The notes under the pieces: model-generated
What the model was told of the DNA's origin: nothing
The model's database searches: none
The model's input: only the letters and a program-made list of their open reading frames with translations
Position numbers and translations under genes: made by a program
Assembly: GCA_973895155.1 (NCBI GenBank)
Contig: OZ316899.1
Location: forward strand, 14,821,934 to 14,885,933
Direction of reading: 5' to 3'
Length of the DNA stretch: 64,000 nt
From: Marsupella aquatica
Taxonomy: Eukaryota > Plantae > Marchantiophyta
In this document: piece by piece, positions 13,410 through 26,601 of the stretch
How the letters are laid out: each line of letters opens with the position of its first letter
Numbering within the stretch: the first letter of the stretch is position 1

Positions 13410-13786
13410 TGTGAGAATATTCCCAAAAAATAGAGAGCATGTTTTTGGCCGTCCGTCAAAGATTCTGTCCGCCAAATGGTAACTTTTTCCTTATGTCTTC
13501 GGCAAGGAGGTAGCCATTGGTGTTGGCCACATGGTGCACCACTCATATTGCATTTCAGATGTTGGGTACTAGTTCACATTTTGGTTATTCCCCGAGGTGG
13601 TCAAAACGGGGGAGAATTCCAAGTTTTACCCACCCCGACCAAAAAGTGAATAACTTTTACGTCGGAGTTTGGTTTTGATTCTGGTTTTCAGCGTTGGAAA
13701 GCTAGGCTTGTGGGCTACGTGGCGGTGATAAGTTTTGAGTTTTTGGAGAAGTTGAGAAAAACGGCATTTTTTCTTGCATTCTCACA
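13410..13786 (+). repeat. Possible LTR (candidate 5' LTR of copia B, or an orphan LTR)
   Basis: Bounded by the 9-bp inverted repeat tgtgagaat..attctcaca and directly precedes the gag remnant of B. No TSD and no second copy in the window. Confidence 0.35.
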
Positions 13787-13789
13787 TGA

Positions 13790-15669
13790 GTGTTTCGGAG
13801 GAGATTTTTGAAGACGTGGATCCAGATCTGGTGCATCGTCATCTGGTGCTGCCTTGAATGTAAACCGTGGGAGGTCACAGCGGCGTCCTGAGCAGCGCAC
13901 AAATGGCAAGGGACGAAGTAAATCTAGGACAAGATTTGATTCAAGGGGGAAGTCCCAGGAGAGAAAGCCAGTAGTCTGCTAGAAGTGTCACAAGGTTGGT
14001 CAGGTTAAGAGGGATTATAAGGGTAAGGCAACTGAATCTTCATCAGTCAATGTGGCTAGTGCTGATGGAGAAGTTGATTTACTCAACAATGAGTATGTTT
14101 TATGAAGTTAGGAGTATGCCTTGTGCACATCATCTAGGAGAGAAAATGATGTGTGGATTCTTGATTGTGCTTGCTCCTTTCACATTTATTATATTTGCGA
14201 GTATTTCAATTCTTATTCTGTGTCAAACGGTTCAATTTTGATGGGAAATGATCACTCCTATCAAGTTGAGGGTATTGGGTCTGTAAAGATTCACATGTTT
14301 GATGGCATTGTGCGCACAATGTCCGGAGTCAGGTTTGTATCTGGCATGCGTAAGAATTTAATTTCACTCGGTGTGTTGGATACAAATGGTTATCAATGGC
14401 AAGTAATTGATGGTGAACTTCAAGTCATGTTGGGAGAGACAGTGATTTTGAAGGGGAGCAGATAGAAGAATTTGTATGTGGTGCAGGGCAATACAGTATG
14501 TGGAGAGGCCAATGTAACCAAGTCTCATGAGGAAATGACTCAACTGTGGCATTCACGGCTAGGCCACATGAGTGAGAAGGGTTTGGCTATCTTGCGGAAG
14601 AATGACTCATTTTTTATTTGCAGTCTTGTAAATTGGATTTCTGTGAGCATTGCATATTTGGAAAGTAGCATTGTCATGCTTTTGGTGTTGGAACTCATTG
14701 TTCCAAAGCGGTTCTTGAGTACATACATAGTGACGTGTGGGGACCATCCCCGACTCTCTCATATTCTAGAAAATTGTACTATGTATCCTTCATTGATGAT
14801 TACTCAAGATTTGTATGGATTTATTTCATGACGCATAAGTTTCATGTCTTGCCCATTTTTACAAAGTGGAAGGCCCAAGTGGAGAATCGGACCGGAAAAA
14901 TGGTTAAATGTTTGGATACCAGGGTGAAGAGTCTGAGGGGTCAGACAACGGTGGGGACTACACTTCAATAGAATTTGAAAAGTACTGTGCAGAACAGGGG
15001 ATAACTCACCATCTCACCCCAGTTTATACTCCGTAGGAGAATGGTGTCGCTGAGAGGCTCAATCGAACACTATTGGAGCGGTCATAGAGTATGCTGAGCC
15101 AATCAGGTTTACCACAGGAATTTTGGGCAGAAGCTGTCAATACTGTAGCTTATTTGGTAAATCTTTCTCTGTCTAGTGTAATCAATTTCAAAACGTCGTT
15201 TGCAATGCGTTATAAGCGGCAAGCAGACTATCATGGCTTGGTAGTTTCTGGAAGTGATGCATATGCTCTCACACCAAAGCAGAATAGGACCAAGTTGGAT
15301 CCTACATCCAAGAAATGTATTTTTCTTGGGAATTAGAGTGGTGTGAAGGCCTACAGGCTACGGGATCCTATTGCCTGTAAGCTTGTTGTCAATATGGATG
15401 TTTCCTTCAATGAATCTAGATTATTGAAGGAGGGGAGAATACTCAGGTCTCTCGTACTGACAAAGGGAAATCTCCTATCCCGGATCTCATTGAGGGGGAG
15501 ATTGATCATGAAGTGCATGATCGGAGAGAAGGAGGTGCTCCAAGCATGGAGCTGGTTCCTGTGCCAGAGGAACAAGAGGAGTTTGTTGATGCTGGTGAGC
15601 AGCAAATGGATGCTGCTGAGCTTCAAATTGTACCGATAGACGCAATTCAACCAGAGTCATCGGCTAGAG
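13790..15669 (+). pseudogene. Copia B gag end, protease and integrase fragments
   Basis: ORF pieces 14121-14465, 14472-14831, 14735-14971, 15091-15336; many stops and frameshifts. Confidence 0.88.
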
Positions 15670-17154
15670 AGTTGCGGAACTCGACTACCTTAACACTTAG
15701 CTCCAGCGTCGCTGACTCCGACGCCGAGCTCCCTTATGGTCCAGACCCGGATAGGCCATCCGGGGAGGACTTAGCATGGGGAGACTTGTGGGCAATGAGA
15801 CGTGGCACTAGCGAGGCAAGGGGCCAAGCTGGGGACACACACTAAGGACTTGGACTAGCCTATGGCTAGTCGGGTCAAGGGGAAATGGGCCGGGCTCAAG
15901 GATGGCCGTCTGGACCTTTGGATGGACTTTGAGTTATGAGGGCTTGGGAGTGAGCCCCTCTTGGGCCCAAGGCCAATGGAGTTGACGCCGTTGGCAACGG
16001 ACGCTTGGGGCGCAAGTTGTGGCCCAATCCGGGTTGGGCCGGTTGGGGGCCACGAGCGGCGATCAGACCTGAGGGCCTAGGCATGAGCACTGGGTCGGCC
16101 CGGTCATAACCGGCTAAGGCACTCCGCTTGCGGATGCCTATCAAGAAAGTTATGGGCGTTGCCAGTTGGTGACGTGCCCATTATGCGCGATGGGATCTGG
16201 GTTGGAGGCCAAATGTTTAGGGACCAAAGCTGGTCCGTGGGTGGCAGGTCTCCAGAAGCATATATGAGGGGAGTGGTGTTTCCCTGGGGGCTAAGGCCGA
16301 GCCGAAGTCGTGAGCCACGGCGATCGCGACACTAAGGGAAACCGCCAAACAGAAAATGGCAATATCTCCCCAACGAGAAGTCCGTTGGAGGACTTCTTGG
16401 GTGCGTTGGAAAGCTCTTGAGGAGGGCTACGTCTTCCTGAGCTCAGCTGGGTCTAGGGGTGCCGTGGGTTCTCCTGGTTTGCGGGTGTTAGCTTGCCCGC
16501 TTGCCAAATCCTGTCAAACAGCAACCAAGCCGCGTTCAGTCTCCCAAGGGAGCTTGCATTGGGGAGGCAAGGCCAAGTAGGTGCGGAGGATGAGTTCCAA
16601 GGGTGCTCGGCCCCTAGACCACTAGTGGGGCAAACCGGGAGCGGTTGCTAGAGTCGGGACCATTATGGTCTCGGCGTCTTGGGACAAGCTTTAGGACAAG
16701 CTATGCTACTTGGGCCATGAGCATGTCCTGAGGTCAGGGCGGTCAGTTGGTGATGGATAGGTACGAGGGGGAACCCGGGCCACACCCAAGGAAGAAGTTG
16801 TTCTGGACAAACAATGGGTGTGGGTTCTTGTTCCGGCTTATGGCATCGGGTGGACCTATCGCTGACCTATTTACCAACGTCTATTGAGCTGGAGTTAGGA
16901 TGCTAGACTTGCCGAGTTCTAGATCTTGAAAGGTTACTTACCGAGATGCTTGGTTGCTTGTGCAGATAGGGAGGACCGTTGAGTAGCGGTCATGTTAGAG
17001 AGCAAGTGAGGCTTTGTATGGGCGGGGCCGCTAGCGGTGCAAAGGGGCACTAGGTTGCTTGCTCGAGGTATTCCGTGGAGGTGTTCGGGCACCAAGGGCA
17101 CTTAGGAGTGAGTGCTGGGATTGGTGAGGGCACTGGGTGGTGAAGTCCACCACT
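15670..17154 (+). repeat. 5' LTR of gypsy C
   Basis: Direct repeat of 23464-24946; termini agt..act. Confidence 0.93.
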
Positions 17155-17299
17155 TGTGGTATCAGAGCGATTGTTGGCATAGACACCGGGCCGGGGTTGT
17201 GCTAAGTCGGAATCCAAAAATCTTAGCGGATTTTTGCGGGGACTTAGTGCTTCAACGTGCCCGGCGGGTGGACTGCGGGCAGATTCGGTCATTGGGAAC

Positions 17300-18937
17300 A
17301 TGGCTAAAAACACTCAATCAAAGAGTGGCAAACATGCTCCCCCCACCAAGGGGAGAGCCCAAGTCCAAGATGAACAGAAGGAGGACGGGTCGACTTCCCT
17401 AGACAAACATTATAAGCAGGACAAAGAAGACGCACTGGCCGAACCGCCGACTGCTGCGGTGAACACGTCAAGTGCAGAGGGCCGTCAACTTAAAGGGAAT
17501 GAGGTGGCTGATCCTTCAGAGGATGGGTCGGATGACAACAACTCCGACGCAGAAGGAAGCGACGACGAGGCTGAAACAGAGGAAGAGGGTCAGGATCCAG
17601 AGGAGGAACTGATCCCAGCCTTGAGAGGGTTGAAATAATGCGGAACCAGAGGATGATGTCAAGCCGGACGTCATCATGGATAATTCGACCAAGCAGAACC
17701 AGGATGACGCGGGTGATACCTCAGTCCCGGGAGGTCATGGTGCTCGCAAGACGCGGGGGGTATCACCAAAATCCACAAGAGAACCTAAGGACAGGCGGCC
17801 CGCAAAGGAAAGACGGTTGGAGGACCATCCTCATACAACCCGCAAGGGCCCGGCCGCTTACGACTGTCTGGGTCCGTTGACTCAAGACCAACGACTCATC
17901 TACGAGCAGTTGGAACACAACAAGGGGGCCTTGTTAAGTACTTACTTAGTCTGGGTAGTCAGAGTGCGTCGCGTCCCGAGGGGGGAATGGTAGTTGGAAG
18001 GAGTATGTTCCAAGTGAACCAGCTACTGACTCCTCCAACTTACGATGGGGCCTACGAACAAAGTGGACAAAAGTTCCTAAGTTGGCTCTCCACAATGGAT
18101 ATTCATCTCCAAGCGTGCGTTGAGCGTTCCACTTGGGCTACCGCAGCCGCCCCTTACCTGAAGGACTGTGACTTGACTTGGTACAAGTCATGGAAGAAGT
18201 CGCGAGAGGACTCCTCCTTGCTGTTAACTTGGGAAAACCTGGTTGAGGGTCTCCGTGCTCATGTCACCACTAAGTACCCGGAGTGGCACGCTCAGAAATG
18301 TGTAACGGAGATGAGTTTCAGGGGTGATATCCAAAATATCATCACTTATTACTAGAATCAGTTGGCGTGTATCTTGGCGGGATAAGAGACCCTACATACA
18401 CAGCTTCACAACTTTATCGTGAAGCTCCCGCCGTTGCTCAGGGAAAAGTTGCAGGAAAAGCGTCATGAGTTCAAAACGCTTTCTGACGCCTTCGACAAGG
18501 CCACTACGTTGGTGAATAACCGACCGGACTTAGCGAAGGTGGGTGGCAAGGGATCCGAGGGGGAAGCTGGGAAAGCAAAAGGTCCCGGGAATAAGCGTAA
18601 GCAACCTGAGGGAGCAGGGGCCGGTGGTTAGGATCCCCAGCCCCAGAATGGAGAAGCTAAGCAAAACCGGAAGGCCGGCAACTTCAAGAAAGGAGCCTCA
18701 TCGGCACAAAAAGCAAAGAAGCAGGAAACCATGGAGCAGAGGCGGGCTGAAGGTTTGTGCTTCACATGTGGTGCCATGGGCCATCAAAGTAAGGATTGTT
18801 CCACAAAAGGTGGCAAGCCAAATGGAGATGGTGGAGGGCAGAAGAGCATTAAGGTAAGTATCGCTCTAACCGAACCCTTAGTAGCTGACAAGATCCCTAT
18901 AGGGGATGTCCCTGACGGTGAGAGGGGGTTGTTGTGA
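17300..18937 (+). pseudogene. gag: Gag of gypsy C, broken
   Basis: Retrotransposon-gag-like PPTYDG..WL..M..A.TWY segment; zinc knuckle CFTCGAMGHQSKDC. Confidence 0.8.
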
Positions 18938-18961
18938 GAGAAGATACCTAAAGTTAAGACA

Positions 18962-21900
18962 ATGGATCCTGAAAAACTGATTTTTGTGAATGTCACTTCT
19001 AACGGTAATCTGGGTGTTGCTTTGGTGGATACAGGCGCGACCGCCTGCTTCATAAGTGGGCAGGTGGCAGCTCATCTTGGGGTGGACGTGCAAGAGTTGC
19101 TACAACAGTTAGTGTGCAAGTTTGCCAAGGACACAAAGGGGATAGTGTTGAGAGTAGTGCATAGGCTTTGGGTAGAGGTCATAGGCGAACAACAAAATTT
19201 TGTTAGTCAAGAGATGTTCTACGTTCTAGACGGTCTAGCCGTAGACTTCATTTTGTCGGTAGCTTATCTCAGAAAGCACAATGTTACCTTGAAACCGGGG
19301 GGTGAGGTGCTCCATTTTCCCAATAAGGGCGGCGAGCCCATCGTTGTACACAATACCAAAAATAAAGAAATATTTCTTAAAGTAAGTAAAGTGTCGTGGA
19401 TGTCTTCATGTGTATCGGCGAAGCAATGGTGGAAAGACTTCAATGGTGGACATGAATGTTTCTTCTTTCATCTCCACCCAACTAAGGGGGCTGCGTCGCA
19501 GCCAAAGGTCAAGTCAGCTAAGGTCGGGCCCGACTGCGGTCAAATTCCTGAAATTTTAGAGGAATTCAACAACGTGCTCTCGCAAAAGCTACCTAAAGGT
19601 TTACCCCCTCGGAGAGAAGTGGATCACCAAGTTGAGTTGAAGTCGGGATCGGCTCCTCAGGCTAAAGCTCCTTACCGTCTGAACCTGAATGAGCGAATGA
19701 TGTTGAAGAACGCCTTGGAAGAGTTGATTGACCAAGGGTTCATTTGCCCTAGTAAGAGTCCTTACGGGGCGCCCGTGCTGTTTGTGTCCAAAAAGGATGG
19801 TACTTTGAGATTGTGTGTAGATTACCGGGCCCTCAATAAGCAGAAGGTAAAGAACAAGTACCCGTTACCTCATATGGATGACCTCTTCGATTGCCTCTCC
19901 GGGGCTAAGAAGTTTTCAAAGGTGGACTTGTGGTCTGGGTATTACCAGATCCGCATGGCTAAGGGAGACGAGTATAAGACCGCGATGCGCACAAGGTTTG
20001 GATCCTATGAGTTTTTGGTTAAGCCGTTTGGGTTGTGTAATGCAACCGCAACGTTCATGAAGATGATGAATACCATCTTTCACGACTTGTTGGACCAAGG
20101 AGTGGTCGTCTTTATTGACGACATCCTAATCTACTCAAAAACGTTGGAGGAACATGAGCAGTTCAGAGAAGTGTTCTCTTGCCTTTGCAAGGCTTGTCTC
20201 TTTGCTAAACCTAGCAAGTGCAAGTTTGCGATGAACGAGATTCAGTTCCTCGGCCATACCTTTACCCTGGAAGGGATTACGCCTAGTCAGGACAAGCTTA
20301 AGGAGATCAAAGAATGGGAGCGCCCGTCCAATGTAAGGCAAGTTAGAGCCTTCTTAGGATTTACGGGGTTCTATCGGAGATACATGAAAGACTATGCGGG
20401 GATTGCGAGGCCCCTAAACGCGCTAAAGTTGAAAAACAAAGTGTTTGTGTGGACAGAGGATTGCGAGTTAGCATTCCTAGAACTTAAGAGGTTAATGATA
20501 ACGCCACCGGTTCTAAAGTTACCTGAGATGGGGAAGCCGTTCGAGATTTGGACAGACGCAAGTGATTATGCCATTGGCGCCTGTCTTCACCAAGATGGGC
20601 GTCCTATGGCCTTTGAGTCATGTAAGGTGGAAAATCACTGGATCACGTCAGAAAGAGAAATGTATGTTGTGATCTATGCGTTGAAGAAGTGGGAGATTTA
20701 CCTTAAGAACGGTCCCCCAACATTATTAATAATGGGTTGGATGTGCGAACGGATGAAGGGTGCAAAAAATCTGATTTGAGATTAATTTTTATAATTGGCT
20801 TAGAAATATCAAGGGATGGTTTTATTCAAAGAACCCTTTCTAACTAATATAGGCTTATATAAATGTCGCCCAAGTTAATATGCTTCAAGAGGTGATGTAA
20901 TATGGATGTGACACGCGTCACAATAGGATTGGTCCTTGTGGCCACCCTTTATTGGAACATGTGTATATGACATATAATTATGCTTGCAACATCTATGATT
21001 CAGAGTAGTTTAGGACTTTGGAGCTTTTGAACCTTGACTACCTTGCCCTGTGGTTCAGAAATGCCCCAAAGTTGAAGTTTGGGGTTAAAGGGTCACGAAC
21101 ACAAAAATGTATGTACCCAAAACCCTTCCAAAACACTCCCGTCAGTTTTAGAACCGTTTGCACATGATGAATTTATAACTTTTCAAGGCTTTCATAAATG
21201 GTGTAAAATGTGAAATTATAATATCTCAAAGGGGCAGATTTATTCTCCAAAATTAAGTTTTTAAGAATAACAAGAGAAATTTTTATAGGCTTCCAAAAAT
21301 AATAAGGGGTACTAGGGAGGGGGGTGTACGCACGTATACCTCTTTAGTTTACAAAGGCTGGGGGCCCAGGGAACGGTCCCAAAGTGGTAATCCACACAGA
21401 TAGCTCGCCGGCCGGGTACTTCAGTTCTAAGCCAAGGCTGAACCCCAAGGAAATGCGCTGGCAGATGTTCTTGGCGGATTTCAATTTCAAAGTCCGCCAC
21501 GTTCCAGGGAAGACAAATACGGCAGCAGACGCGTTATCGCGTAAGGACCAACATCGTGTCAATGGGATCACGATGCTCGAATCTGAGTGGCCAAAGGTTC
21601 TGGCCGCGGCGTATGGGGATGACAGGTTAGCTAAGGAATGGCAAAGCAATGGGGGTAGCCAAGGCAAGGTAAGGCACGTATCGTTGGGGTTGGATAAGAC
21701 GCATAATGTCCAGTTATGGCGATACAAGCAGAGGCGTGTGTACATACCGGATTCTCTAAGGTTAGAGGTTCTGCAAAAGTACCACGACTCGCCCTGGGGA
21801 GGGCATGGTGGTCAAGCCGCTACGTATCGCAGCATGTCGCGAGATGTGTATTGGCCGGACATGAAGCAATCAGTCCTTCAACACGTGCAAAGTTGTTACT

Positions 21901-23074
21901 CGTGCCAAAAGAACCGAACAGTCTATAGGGCAAAAGGAGGACTACTGCAACCCTTACTAGTAGCTGCGGCTCCATGGGAGTCTATCTCCATGGACTTCAT
22001 TGTTGGGTTACCTGAGTCCCACGGCAGTAACTCCATCTTAACAATCGTGGATTGTTTTTCCAAGATGGCGTATTTCTTGCCTACTACGAAGATGGTTTTG
22101 GCTTGAGAGGTTGCCGGTCTAGTATTTGACAATGTCTTCCGACAATGGGGATTGTCGTTGCATATCCTGTCCGATCGCGATACCAAGTTCACGGGCCATT
22201 TCTAGAAGGCGTTGTTTCGGCTATCCGGAACAGACCTGACTAGGGGATCAACGTATCATCATGAGCCAAACGGAATGGGTTAATGGTATCGTGGAGGACT
22301 AGCTACTTGCATCAATTTGTGACGGCCAATCAAAAGGATTGGGCAAAGCATTTAACAATGGTCGAGATTAGGTATAACTCGACCAAGCATTTGGCGACGG
22401 GGTTTGCACCGTTTGTGTTGGCCACAGGGAGGACGCCAAGGGCGCCCTCCTGGTTTATAAATCCGGAAGCTTGGCGGACGGAAAGCAAGGTTCCTTCTGT
22501 GGACAATTTTATTTGAGAGCGGCGCCTAGTTGTGAAAGCGGCTACCAAGGGTATGACCCTTGCCCAAAGTCGGTACAAAGAGCAAGGGAATAAACATCGG
22601 CGCCAGGTAAGCTTTGAAATTGGGGAGAGCATCTGGTTGCAGTTGAGACCTGAGAAATACCATGGGAACATAAGTAGGAAGTTGGCTCCCAGATATGCGG
22701 GGCCCTATTGCATTATACGATGGGCCCACAAGGATAATCTGGTTTTTGTGGTGTTGGGGACACCCAAGGAAATGGGCGTGGGCAAAAGCTACCATGTTAG
22801 CCAGCTCAAGAAATTTGTCAAGGATGACGATCCCAACCGGGATCAAGTCTTGCGTCCGGATGCCATGCTGGTAGAGGACGCTGAGGAGTTTGAGGTGGAG
22901 GCAATTCTGGACCACCGTTACAAACGCAAATTGGGAAGGCAAATCTTGGAGTATTTGGTGAAGTGGGCTGGCTATGACCAGGCCGAAAGTACTTGGGAGC
23001 CGGAAGAAAATTTGGGTAATGCCTCAGAGATCCTTGGAAGCTATCGTAAGCAAAGCGGCCTACCGCCGTTGTGA
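18962..23074 (+). pseudogene. pol: Pol of gypsy C (PR, RT, RNase H, integrase, chromodomain), interrupted
   Basis: LVDTGAT, LCVDYRALN, VFIDDILIYS, TDASDYAIG, HDSPWGGHGG..C..C, SMDFI, chromodomain FEVEAILDHR..EYLVKWAGY..STWEPEENL. Confidence 0.93.
20716..21371. mobile_element. Non-coding ~656-bp insertion in the RNase H of gypsy C
   Basis: Flanked by a duplication of aacggtcc (up to gaacggtccc). Removing it restores YLKNGPKVVIHTD. AT-rich; ends ccc..ggg; no long TIR. Confidence 0.8.
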
Positions 23075-23463
23075 ACTGGTACAGGCAATTGTAGCTACCT
23101 TTGTGAGTTATATCCTAGTTTCACTCCTCTCGGCCTCTTAAGGATAAAGTCGGATTGCGTTGGTGCTAGAGGTTGTTGGGCGGACGATTTGCTTTTTGCG
23201 AGTGGAAGTTGATGGTGCCCGCCCTACATCTGTGGGCAGGCTAGTTCGAACCAAAGGGGAGCGCCCCAAGGGGAGAACAATGGGTCCGACGAGTTTGGAG
23301 TTAGCTTACCCGTTTGGACTGGCATCCTACTTGGATAAGTGGGATAGGTTGGAATGCGCATACCAACCTGGTTTGCATCAGCGTTTGGGGCCCAAAGTGG
23401 TCTAGGCGTGTTGGAACATTTACCGAGGTCACGCAGATGTGACCATTTTTAAGGGGGGGTGCA

Positions 23464-24946
23464 AGTCGCGGAACTCGACTATCTTAATACTTAGCTCCGG
23501 CGTCGCTGACTCCGACGCCAAGCTCCCTTATGGTCCAGGCCCGGATAGGTCATCCAGGGAGGACTTAGCATGGGGAGACTTGTGGGCAATGAGACATGGC
23601 ACTAGCGAGGCAAGGGGCCAAGCTGGCGACACACACTAAGGACTTGGACTAGCCTATGGCTAGTCGGGTCAAGGGGAAATGGGCCGGGCTCAAGGATGGC
23701 CATCCGGACCTTTGGATGGACTTTGAGTTCTAAGGGCTTGGGAGTGAGCCCCTCTTGGGCCCAAGGCCAATGGAGTTGACGCCGTTGGCAACGGACGCTT
23801 GGGGCGCAAGTTGTGGCCCAATCCGGGTTGGGCAGGTTGGGGGCCACGAGCGGCGATCAGACCTGAGGGCCTAGGCATGAGCACTGGGTCGGCCCGGTCA
23901 TAACCGGCTAAGGCACTCCGCTTGCGGATGCCTATCAAGAAAGTTATGGGCGTTGCCAGTTGGTGACGTGCCCATTATGCGCGATGGGATCCGGGTTGGG
24001 GGCCAAATGTTTAGGGACCAAAGCTGGTCCGGGGGTGGCAGGTCTCCAGAAGCATATATGAGGGGAGTGGTGTCTCCCTGGGGGCTAAGGCCGAGCCGAA
24101 ATCGTGAGCCGCGGCGGTTGCGACACTAAGAGAAACCGCCAAACGGAAATGACGATATCTCCCCAACGGGAAGTCCGTTGGAGGACTTTTTGGGTGCGTT
24201 GAAAAGCTCTTGAGGAGGGCTATGTCCTCCTGAGCTCAACTGGGTCTAGGGGTGCCGTGGGTTCTCCTGGTTTGCGGGTGTTAGCTCGTCTGCTTGCCAA
24301 ATCCTGCCGAACAGCAGCCAAGCCGCGTTCAGTCTCCCAAGGGAGCTTGCGTTGGGGAGGTAAGGCCAAGTAGATGCGGAGGCTGAGTTCCAAGGGTGCT
24401 CGTCCCCTAGACCACCAGTGGGGAAACCAGGAGCGGTTGCTAGAGTCGGGACCGTTCTGGTCTCGGCGTCTTGGGACAAGCTTTAGGACAAGCTACGCTA
24501 CTTGGGCCATGAGCATGTTCTGAGGTCAGGGCGGTCAGTTGGTGATGGATAGGTACGAGGGGGAACCCGGGCCGTGCCCAAGGAAGAAGTTGTTCTGGAT
24601 GAACAGTGGGCATGGGTTTTGGTTCCGGCTTATGGCATCGGGTGGACCTATCGCTGACCTATTTACCAACGTCTGTTGAGCTTGAGTTAGGATGCTAGAC
24701 TTGGCAAGTTCTAGATCTTGAAGGGTTACTTACCGAGATGCTTGGTTGCTTGTGCAGATAGGGAGGACCATTGAGTAGCGGTCGTGTTAGAGAGCAAGTG
24801 CGGCTTCGTATGGGCGGGGCCGCTGGCGGTGCAAAGAGGCACTAGGTTGCTTGCTCGAGGTATTCTGTGGAGGCATTCGGGCACCAAGGGCATTTACGCA
24901 TGAGTGCTGGGATTGGTGAGGGCGCTAGGTGGTGAAGTCCACCACT
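23464..24946 (+). repeat. 3' LTR of gypsy C
   Basis: Direct repeat of 15670-17154, following the PPT. Confidence 0.93.
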
Positions 24947-25872
24947 TAGAAGAACATCTGGTTGCATTGTACGCGCTCCTTCTAGGTATGGACAGTGGGT
25001 TGATTCATCTCAACTGCAAGAGGATGATTTTACAGCTAATGATGAGGGTGATGTGTTAATTTTGGAAGAAGGGGAACCTCCTTCATTTCATGAGGCAAGT
25101 GCTTCAAAGGAGAAGCAGAAGTGGACTGTAGCAATGCAAACGGAGATGCAGTCACTGAAGGACAACAAAACTTGGGAGCTTGTTAAGCTGCCTAAGGGTC
25201 AGCAAGTGGTGGACAATAAGTGAATATACAAGGTAAAGGATCAGTCTACGGGAGGTGGATCGAAGGTCTACAAGGCTAGGTTGGTAGCCAAGGGATTCAT
25301 ACAGGAAAAATGTGTAGATTATAATGAAGTCTTCTCACCAGTTGCTAAGTACTCAACAATATGGCTATTGTGTGTGCTTGTTGTAATGTTTGGTCTGCTG
25401 CTAGATCAGATGGATGTTGTCAGTGCAGAGTTTAAGATGAAGGACCTAGGGCCAGCTAAAAGGACTTTGGGTATGGAGATCACTAGGGGAGGCTGGTAAG
25501 CTATGGTTGACACAGAGCAGTTATGCGAGGAAGGTAATTTTCAGGTTCAACATGGGGGATAGTAAGCCAGTAAGTACCCCTTTGGCTGCACACTTCAAAT
25601 TGTCATCAGCTTTTTGTCCCATAGATGCGACAGAGAAGGGGTTGATGTCAAAGGTTCCTTATGATAAGGCAGTGGGAAGTCTCGTGTATTTGATGACTTG
25701 CACTAGACCTGATCTTGCCATGGCCATGGGCAAGGTGAGCAGGTACATGTCGAATCCAGGGAAGGTACACCGGGAAGCAGTGAAGTGGATTATCAGGTAC
25801 TTGAAAGATATCATGGATCATGGTCTTTTATTTGATGCAAATGCAAAGAATGCTAGATTATTGATTGGCTAT
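24947..25872 (+). pseudogene. Copia B RT fragment with an internal deletion
   Basis: KARLVAKG..DYNEVFSPV..MDV is fused directly to SAEFKMKDLG, so the LYGLKQ/YVDD core is missing; TRPDL is present. Confidence 0.85.
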
Positions 25873-26009
25873 TGTTATAAACCAAATACACCAACAATGA
25901 TATGATCTTCTATTCCAAGGAGAGAATATATACATATGGTAACTCTGGTTGGAGTTACCCATGGGTTCTAACTATAGTTAGTATACCCAATCATAGTTAG
26001 GGTATAATA
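25873..26009 (-). repeat. 3' LTR of element D
   Basis: Direct repeat of 63373-63509. Confidence 0.95.
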
Positions 26010-26601
26010 CTCCCCCTTGGGTGTTATCATTTTAGAAAAAATGTGACAACCAATCTTCTATCAATGTATATGAAGTTAGGTGATGTGGGTGCAACCTCAT
26101 TAAAACCTTCCCTACTTTCTTTTGTGGAAGGAAAGAGTATTGCCACCCTACATCCCTTTAAGTTTTAAAATAAAGTTGTGTCTTTCTAAAGTAATATGTA
26201 TTTGTGTTTGTCTATTCCCTACTTTTCTAGAAGTATGGTTGGACTAATTGCGTTCAATGTATATGTTTTTAGGTTTGTATTTGGGGTTGCGGTGTTGTTC
26301 TGCAAGAAGTCCATCGAGTGTAAGTGTTGTTGAAGTCGGTTGTATGAGAGTGGAATGGCGGGTTCTCTTTCGCGCAATTACTGTCGATGCCGGGGTGAAT
26401 CGCAATGGTTGGAGACTCATTTTCCTTGGGTCTTTGTGATAGTGTTGATCGGAGAGATGCCAGTGCGTCTTCTCAATGATTTATCAGGTTTCGTCTGTGG
26501 TTCTTCAGGAAGTTGAGTGCGAGAGGTTAGTCGATCGACTTATGTTCTATCATGTTCTGTCAAGCTGGTGCTATTTGTTCTCGCAACGTTCATCAGGGAA
26601 G

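Larger units (their letters stand above)
15670..24946 (+). mobile_element. Ty3/gypsy chromovirus C, full length
   Basis: ~1.48-kb LTRs at 15670-17154 and 23464-24946; PBS tggtatcagagc 17157-17168 (initiator tRNA-Met type); PPT aaggggggg at 23451; TSD tagag/tagaa (one mismatch); gag-PR-RT-RH-INT-chromodomain. Confidence 0.95.

Noticed and set aside
15713-17154. Duplicated small ORFs in the LTRs of C (and 30352-30952 / 40285-40885 in F)
   Set aside because: Their duplication is explained by the LTR pairs; no protein motifs.
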